Source: Candidatus Vampirococcus lugosii (GTDB lineage Bacteria; Patescibacteriota; Gracilibacteria; Absconditabacterales; Absconditicoccaceae). Taken from it: a stretch of DNA of 27,321 bases. The notes beneath the pieces were generated by a model, which had not been told where the DNA came from, did no database searches, and saw only the letters and a program-made list of their open reading frames with translations. The translations under genes were made by a program, and so were the position numbers. Positions 19,801 through 27,321 of this stretch are shown piece by piece. Each line of letters opens with the position of its first letter. Within the stretch, counting starts at the first letter, position 1. The stretch is from assembly GCF_018420025.1 (NCBI RefSeq), contig NZ_JAEDAM010000003.1, positions 1 through 27,321 of the forward strand, given 5' to 3'.

Positions 19801-22800
19801 GCTAATTGATATATATTAAATAGAAGGAATTTTACACTAACAGTTACTTGACCAAAAAGAGAAGAAATTTTTAAAAAATCTATTAATTTAGATGAAAATT
19901 CTTCTTTTGATGTAACTTTTGAACTTCCTCAAGATTCTAATTTATGAAATTATAATGTTAGTGCTTGAGCAAATTGATGACATACTTTTTCTGTACAAGA
20001 GTTTGAAACTCCTGATTTTAAGGTTGAATCTGATTCTCAAGAATCTAATTATTTACAAGGACAAAGTGCAAAAATAAATATATCATCTGAATATTATTCT
20101 GGTTTACCTATGGCAAATGCAAATGTAAATTATACTGTTAAAGCACAAACTTATAATTTTGATGCTGTTTGATATTCTGATTATCATTTTGGTGAACAAA
20201 AAGATTTTTGGTGATATAGATACAATTATTGACAAATAAATAATAATGAATTTGTAGAATCTTGAGAAGATATTTTATGAAGTGATTGAAAATGAGTTAT
20301 AAATATTGATTTAAAAGAATATAATGAAGATAAAATTTATACTGTTTCAAGTATTGTAAAAGATCCAAATACAAAAAAAACAGTTTCTAATAATTCAAAT
20401 TTTAAATCTTTGAGATCAGATATTTTTCTTTGAATGAAATTTGATAATTATTTTTATAATTATAAAGATACTACAAACATTGATTTTGTAAGTCTTGATA
20501 TAGATTGAAATTCAATATCAAATACAAGATTTGATTTTAAAGTTTACAAAGTTGATTATGAATATGATAAAATTTCTAAACAAAGAAAAAGTAAAGAAAA
20601 TTTATTATATGAAGAAGAAATTGTTAGTAATTGACAATGAAAAGCAAGTAAAGAGTTTGAATTTAATGAAGTAGGAGAATATAGATTTGAAATAATTACT
20701 AAAGATTGAAAATATAAAACTACAAAAATATTTTATATATGAGCTCAAGGTTTACTTTCTCCTATTAACGAAAATAATGAAATATCTATAAATTCAAATA
20801 AAGAAAAATATGATGTATGAGAAAATGCTGAATTTATTATTTCAAGTCCTTATGAAAATATTCAAGCTCTTGTTACAGTGGAAAAAATGGATCAAATACT
20901 TAATTATGAAATAATAGATATTGATGATTTAAATCAAGTTTATAATTTGAAAATAGAAAAAAGATATTTGCCAAATTTTGAAATAAAAGCTTATTTGATA
21001 AAAGATGTAGCTGTAAATCAAACTGCTTTACAAGAATTAAAAGAAATTAGATTATCTATGCAAGAGATAGAACAAGAATTGCAAGAAAGATATGAATGAA
21101 TAATAATTCCTTTTCCAGAAATAATTTATGATAGATGAATTTTGCCACCAATATTTCCTATTCCACAAGAATTATCTGATGAAGATAAAGAATTATATGA
21201 AAAATTATCTTCTTATAGATATAAAGAACAAGAACTTATGCAAGAAATATTGCCATCATATTATGAATGAAGTAAAAAAATATCAGTAAATATTGATTAT
21301 GTTAAACTAAATATTCAAGTAAATCTTAATAAAAATTATTATTTGCCAAGAGATGAACAAGAAATTACTTTGACTATTGAAGATAATAATTGAAATCCAG
21401 TAAATGGACAAGCAACTATTAGAATAGTTGATGAAAGTTTACTTGCTTTGATGGATAATACTGTTGATATTGTAGAAGCTTTCTATTCTGAGGTTGAAAA
21501 TAGAGTATGAACTTCTTCAAATTTATCTTATCTTATATCTAGAATATTATTTACACAAGATTCATTTGAAAATGAATTAGAAGGTGTTCCTGATTGAATG
21601 TGATGAGAGATGTTGAAAAGAGAGGAATGAGTTGTGTATAGTGAAATGAGTTTTGGTGATGCATCTATAGCTAATTTGGGACTTGATTCAACTGATAATG
21701 AAATTGAAGATAATAATGAAAGTGAAGATAATAATGAAACTTTCATAAGAGAGGATTTTAAAGATTTAGCTTATTGGCAAGCTAGTGTAGATGTAAAAAA
21801 TTGACAAGCTGTTATTAATGTTGATCAATTACCAGATAATTTAACAACTTGGGTAATAGATTGATTTGTTTATACTGATAATACTTATGTTTGAATGTTC
21901 CAAGATGATTTTAAAGTTCAACAAGATATAGGTATATTATCTCAATTTCCAAGATTTTTGGTAAGTGGTGATGAATTTATTATGTCTGCTTTGATAGTTA
22001 ATAACACTAATCAAAAACAAGTTTTGGATGCTAATTTGCAAATGACAAATTCAAATATTTCTCAATCTAATAAACAAATTGAAGTTCCTGCAAATTCTTC
22101 TGAATTAGTTGAATTTGAAGTAAAAATTAATTCTTTACCAAAAGATGTAGATATTAATGAATTTAATTCTCAAATAATTCTTTGAGTATCAAATGAAAAT
22201 TTATCTGATACAATTAGAGTAAATAGAGCGATAAGACAACCTAGCACTTGAGAATATGTATTTACTAATTGAAGTACAAAAGACACTTCTTTTGAAGAAC
22301 AAATTTATTTGCCAGATTATTTGGAAAAAAATGCACATTTAGATATAAGTTTATGAGCTAGTATTTTAACTAATATTTTACATAATTTACAAGATTATAT
22401 TAGTTATCCTTGAGATAATTTAAATTCAAGATTAAACTTTTTGGAAATATCAAGTAGTTTAAAAAATCTTTTTGAAGATTTGTGAGAAATAGATATTTTG
22501 AATTCTTATCAAATAAAAGATTATGATGGAAATACTTATTCAATAAAAGATATTGAAAATATGATTTTGTCAGAATTGCCTGAATATTTGGAATCTAATT
22601 GAGGATTATCTTATTTTAAAGAATGTTATTGGGCAGATGATTGTAGTAATTTTAATTTAACTGCTAAATTTTTGAAATTAGATTTACAAGTAAATTGAAT
22701 TGATAATTCAAAACTTATAAATTATTACAAAAATCAACTTACACAAAAGATTCAAAAATATAATATTATTGCTAAAAATGTTTCTAATTTTATTCCTTTG

Positions 22801-23937
22801 GCAATTCATTGAGAATATGATTATATAAGAAATAATTTAAAAAATAAAGAAAATTATACTAATTTGGAAAAATTAGAATATATTAAACTTTATAATTTAA
22901 TGTCAGATAATTGAGAGTATTCAGATAAGTTTTATCAAGATTTATTAAATAATATATTCATAGAAGCTAGATCCTCACTTTTACCATCAAATAGTAATTA
23001 TATAAATAATCTTGTATCTACTTCTATGATGCTTTCTATAATGTTAGATAAATCAGAAATTGAAAAATTACAAACTGAAAATATGACTAGATTTTTATTG
23101 GAAAATAGAAATGAAGATTGAAAATATTATAATTGAGATATATCATATATTATCAAAGCATTAAATGATTATGTAAATACTACTAATGAATTAGATGATG
23201 TAGATTTTACTGCTTGAGCTTATTTGAATGAAAATTTGATAAGTGAAACTGAATTTGATATGTCAAATAGATTCTCAGTTTTTAAAGATAAAATTGATAT
23301 TAGTGAATTAGTTAATTGGTGAGAAAATAATTCATTAGGTTTTGTTAAGGAGGGTAGTGGTAAATTATATTATGATGTATGAATGAGATATTTCTTACCA
23401 AATAATGAAATATCTGCAAGAGATGAAGGTTTGATTTTGACTAGAAATTATTATGATTATGAAGAATATAACGAAGCTTATGAAAAAAAATGTAATTCTT
23501 GGTGGTGGGGACCTGCTATTTGTACAAATGAAAAAGTGAAAAATATTGATCCTATTACTAATGCAAAAAAATGAAATTATATAGTATGAGAATTGCAATT
23601 AATTGTTCCTTATGAAAGAAATAATGTTCAAATTAAAGATTATTTGCCAGCTGGTGCTGAGGTTTTGAATGTTAATTTTGATACAGTAAGTGATGATGTA
23701 AATGATGTAACTTGACAGACAAGTAATTATTGGAGATGATTTGATCATATTGAACAGTGAAATGAAATGATTTATCTGTATGCAGATCATTTGAGTGCAT
23801 GAACTTATACATATACTTATGTAATATCAGCAAGTCAAGTATGAGAATTTAATTTAAGACCTGCTGTAGCAGAATTGATAGAAAGACCAGAAATTTGGGG
23901 TAGAAGTTCTTGAATGATATTTGAGATAAATAATTAA
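16831..23937 (+). CDS. Giant surface protein (2368 aa): signal/TM segment, three SLH repeats, Ig-like domains and a bacterial alpha-2-macroglobulin (A2M/MG-domain) core lacking the thioester motif
   Basis: I translated every codon and found no in-frame TAA or TAG over 7.1 kb. SLH-like repeats: FRPIDSLTREQAASFF, FYPKKSINRAEFFTVVVRTL and NILRYEAGLILYRA. A2M hallmarks: FTDRPLYRAGDEVNIKG, VQEFETPDFKVE, YYSGLPMANANVNYTV, RIVDESLLAL, REDFKDLAYWQASV...LPDNLTTWVIDGFVYTD, GSGKLYYDVGMRYFLP, DYLPAGAEVLN and YTYTYVISASQVGEFNLRPAVAELIERPEIWGRS. Confidence 0.85.
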
Positions 23938-23959
23938 TTATTTGTTATATTATAAAAAG

Positions 23960-23986
23960 ACCAGTTTCAAAAAGCTGGTTTTTTTA
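23960..23986 (+). terminator. Rho-independent terminator after the A2M-like gene
   Basis: ACCAGTTT (23960-23967) pairs with AAGCTGGT (23972-23979) around the loop CAAA. It is followed by TTTTTTT at 23980-23986 and lies 23 nt after the stop. Confidence 0.7.
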
Positions 23987-24077
23987 TTGAAAAAAATATT
24001 TTAATATTTATAAACTATTTCTTATCTTTGGAAGATATTTTTTTAAAAAAATTTATAAAATTTATATATAAAATATT

Positions 24078-25370
24078 ATGTATATATGTTCAAATTGTTG
24101 ATATGCAACATTGAGTAAGCTTTGAAAATGTCCATCTTGTTGAGAATTTTGAACTTTGGAAAAAGATGATACTAAAAATAAAGTAAAAAAAACAGCACAA
24201 AAAACTACTTTAACTTATGGAACAAGTTTAAAAACAAAATCAATACAAGATTCAAAATTTTTTGATATAAAAAATAATGAATTAAAAAGGGTTTATCAAA
24301 ATTGAATAAAACAATGATGAGTTTATTTGCTTGGATGACAACCTTGAATATGAAAATCAACTATTATTTTACAAATTATTCAAGATTTATTGGAAAATAA
24401 TAAAATTAATATTTGATATTTCTCTGGTGAAGAATCTCAAGATCAAATATATTCAAGATTTAAGAGAATAAATAAAGAAAATAATACTCAAGATCTTGAT
24501 ATATATACAGCAAGTTCCCTTGAAGATATTGTACAAACTATTGCAGAAAATGATTATAATTTTTTTATAATTGATAGTATACAAACAGTATATTCAAGTA
24601 ATATTGATTGAATAGCATGATCACCTTCGCAAGTAAAATTTTGTTCAGAAAAAATATGAGAATTTGCTAAACAAAAATGAATAACATGTTTTATTATAGG
24701 TCATGTTACTAAATGATGAGAAATTGCTTGACCAAAATATTTGGAACATATAGTTGATATGGTTTCATATTTGGAGTGAGATAGATTTGGACAATATAGA
24801 TTTCTTAGATCTATGAAAAATAGGTTTGGTAGTACTGATGATGTAAGTATTTTTGAAATGTGATTATTTTGATTAATTCCTGTTTATGATATTAAAGAAA
24901 GAATTATAAATACTGCAAATACTAGTATTCCATGAAGTGTTTTTACAATGTGAATAGATAATGGTAGACCAGTTATAGTAAATTTGGAAGTTTTATTAAA
25001 TAAGACAAATTATAAATACCCTCAAAGAATGGCAGTATGAATTGATAACAATAGATTAAATTTAGTTATAGCTATATTGGAAAGATATTTAAAATTAAAT
25101 TTATGAAATTTTGATATATATGTAAATCTTCCATGAGAATTTAAATTTTATGATTCTGGTTTAGATTTAGCATTAGCTTGAGCAATATTATCTCAATATC
25201 AAAATAAATTAGTAGATAAAAATATTATTTTTATATGAGAAATTGGTTTAGGTTGACAGATTCTATCTAGTAAATTGCATGAAAAAAGAAAAAAAGAGAT
25301 TCCAAGAGATTTTGAAATAATAGATTTTAATAATTTAAAATATATTGTAGAATTAAAAAATTTAATCTAG
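24078..25370 (+). CDS. radA: DNA repair protein RadA/Sms (430 aa)
   Basis: It has an N-terminal C4 zinc finger (CSNCGY...CPSCGEFG), Walker A LLGGQPGIGKST (several Gly are TGA), IIDSIQ, HVTKGGEIAGPK, the KNRFG motif and a Lon-like C-terminal domain (GIDNNRLNLVIAILER...GEIGLGGQI). It ends in TAG, the only TAG stop in the window. Confidence 0.92.
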
Positions 25371-25498
25371 ATTTTTTCTTATAATTATAATTTAATTATT
25401 TGAAACTATATTTAATATAGCTATTTTAAATTTGCAAAATAAAATAATTTAATTAAAATATATGAGTTTAATATTAAAAATTAAAACAAAAATATAAA

Positions 25499-27187
25499 AT
25501 GTCTATAAATTTTAAAAAATGATTTAATTCAAGAAATAATTCAAAATTAGAAAAAATATCTAATATATCCAAAAAAGATTTATTAGATATATTATCTTAT
25601 ACATGAGTTCTTGAAAGGCTTTGAAATAGTGAAAAAAGATGAAATATATCTAAATTTAAAAAAAATAATAATTGTTTAACTGAAAGTGAATTTAAAAAAA
25701 TTAATAATATAGTATGAGAATATGTTGAACAGTATTGACAAGATATTGATTCTCTTATTTATGATAATTATGGAATAAATTTTGATGAAAAAATAGATTT
25801 ATTATTTAAACAAATATCAAAAGTATTATCTGAAAGAAATAGTGATATATCAGATTATTTATTAAATAATTGAATAAATTTTCATAAAAATCTTGATTTT
25901 ACTTGATGACTTAAATTTGATATATGAAATTTTGAAAATCTAGAAAATGAAGATTTAAAGAAATTTTTATTTAATCCAAATTTTACAAGATTAGAATGAG
26001 AAAAATTATATAGTCGTGGTTATTGATATTTTTTTAATTTAAATTGACTTTATAAAGATGAGAATTGATTTATGAAACTTGAATCAAATATATTTTTTGA
26101 TACTGTTTTTTATTATTACAGAGATATTAATAATTTATTACAAAGTTTTAATAATAAAAAAATTAGTAATATTAGTGAAGAAGAAAAAAAATCTTTATTA
26201 ATTTTATTGGAACATTACAAAAATATTTCTTTTTTCTTGATTAATATATTTACTAATATACAAAATCCAGAATTTTTTAAAAATTCTACTAAAATGAAAT
26301 GACAACAATTTCAAAAATATTATGAAAAAAATGACAACAACCCTTTTAATAATAAAGATTTTTTTGAAAAAATTCCTAGTATAATATCTTATTTGGAATC
26401 CGAAGCAGAAAAAACTGTTGATTTATTTAATGATATTAATTTATGATTTGATAATAAAATAAATTTTGAGCAAGAAAATATATGAAAAGATATGTTTGAT
26501 AATATTTGAGATTTTTTTGATTATTTAAATAAAGTAGCAGAAGAAAGTAATAATGAAGGTGAAGTTAAAAATATTAAAAAATTACAAAATAAAATTTCTA
26601 TGTCATTTATTAGAATCATAAGAGAACAAGATAATCCTGCCAAAATGTTATTAGCAGCAACTAATTTATTATCAAAAATGGATTCAAAAGATTTTGAAAA
26701 AGATTTAGTTTTGTTATGAGTTTTGTATGGTGGTATAGAATATCCATTTTTTGTGAAATATATGATTAAAAGATTATGATTAAGTGAAAAATCTTTAGAT
26801 ATTTATCTAACTACAGTGTCTAATTATAATATGAGAAATAAAAAAGAAATAGCAAGTATATGAAATTATCCTTGTAGTAAAGAAATAGATTGATGATGAA
26901 AAAATTTTTTGGTTCTTGATGATAATATTTATAATGGCTGAACTTTGCAATCATTGATAAATCAATTATGACAAAATAATAATATAATAGATGCAAGTGC
27001 AGTAGAAGTTTGACTTAGAAGAACAAATTTCTCAAAACTTAAAGAATGAAGTAATATGTCTTTTCTTCTTTCAAAAGTAAAAATGTCTGCATCAACAACT
27101 CCTATATCAAAAAAAATAAATAAATATAATAATTTAATTTTAAAATATATTTCAAATCGTTTGCCAAATATTGTTGGTAAACCTTAA
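25499..27187 (+). CDS. Hypothetical protein (562 aa) with a C-terminal phosphoribosyltransferase-like (type I PRT) domain
   Basis: I translated every codon and the frame is open under code 25. The C-terminal ~180 aa show the PRT-fold pattern LVLLGVLYGGIEYPFF...GKNFLVLDDNIYNGGTLQSL, a degenerate PRPP-binding loop. I recognise no family for the N-terminal ~380 aa, which are Asn/Lys/Phe-rich. Confidence 0.55.
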
Positions 27188-27272
27188 TTTATAATTGTCA
27201 AAAATATCTTTTGTTATAATTTTTTAATGTAAAAAGACTTGAATATATATTTATTTTCTTTATATTTTTCAA

Positions 27273-27294
27273 AACTCAATTAATTAATTGAGTT
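27273..27294. other. Perfect 22-nt palindrome AACTCAATTAATTAATTGAGTT
   Basis: All 11 positions pair with their mirror positions. It lies 86 nt downstream of the last stop codon and has no T run after it. It could be an operator-type protein-binding site or a hairpin. Confidence 0.3.
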
Positions 27295-27321
27295 ATATAT
27301 CATATTTAGTGTATATTTAAT

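Noticed and set aside
2933-23790. Other minus-strand track ORFs: 2933-3118, 5610-5807, 6239-6448, 11670-11912, 15068-15253, 19111-19296, 21528-21746, 23395-23598 and 23599-23790.
   Set aside because: Each lies fully inside a well-supported + strand gene. Each encodes low-complexity Ile/Phe/Asn/Ser-rich peptides with no motifs. These are typical antisense ORFs of AT-rich coding DNA.
16831-23937. A thioester-containing (CxEQ) A2M of the ECAM/YfhM type.
   Set aside because: I scanned the full translation and found no C-x-E-Q. The homologous loop reads YPGDNLNS, so I call it thioester-less.
25371-25498. Weak hairpin CTATAT-TTA-ATATAG after radA as a terminator.
   Set aside because: The stem has only 6 bp, almost all A:U, and has no convincing T run. 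It cannot be distinguished from background palindromes in this AT-rich DNA.
1-27321. The window could be read as a gene-poor or pseudogenised region, because the standard-code ORFs are all short.
   Set aside because: Reading TGA as sense restores full-length, motif-complete recG, secA, radA, murB, ppa, rpsT and PBP genes with no TAA or TAG interruptions. That is not what decayed pseudogenes look like.
1-27321. TGA could encode Trp (code 4, Mycoplasma/Spiroplasma-like), given the low GC content.
   Set aside because: TGA falls on invariant glycines of the RecG, SecA and RadA P-loops and on KTGT, NYG and GxPGxVGGA motifs, where Trp is not tolerated. TGG is used separately for Trp.

Overview
The window only makes sense when TGA is read as glycine (genetic code 25, Gracilibacteria / Absconditabacteria-SR1 type, Candidate Phyla Radiation). 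Under the standard code it looks almost non-coding: the longest ORF in the supplied track is 134 aa. Reading TGA as sense gives 14 complete uninterrupted ORFs plus one partial ORF, and 10 tRNA genes, all on the + strand. TGA falls on invariant glycines of the RecG, SecA and RadA P-loops, the PBP KTGT box and MurB motifs. All 10 glycines of the pyrophosphatase gene are TGA. The DNA is very AT-rich, and the only GC-rich islands are the tRNAs. In order, the content is: the 3' end of an IS4-type transposase; a tRNA array (Gln-fMet-Gln-Leu-Asn); rpsT; a second tRNA array (Thr-Asp-Glu-Val); a 450-bp non-coding spacer; a small Cys-rich membrane protein; a 657-aa secreted Cys-rich protein with three internal repeats; recG; a membrane-anchored hypothetical protein coupled to an NfeD-like gene; murB; ppa; a small acidic hypothetical protein; a class A PBP of 955 aa; tRNA-Arg; secA, which carries insertions and a tandem duplication; a 2368-aa alpha-2-macroglobulin-like gene with three N-terminal SLH repeats and no thioester motif; radA; and a 562-aa hypothetical protein with a phosphoribosyltransferase-like C-terminus. 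Four items deserve follow-up most: the SLH-anchored thioester-less giant A2M and its possible link to the PBP, the family-less Cys-rich repeat protein pair, the PRT-like protein downstream of radA, and the use of TGA as the main glycine codon. I saw no CRISPR array, no rRNA, no recognisable defence system and no structured ncRNA other than tRNAs.
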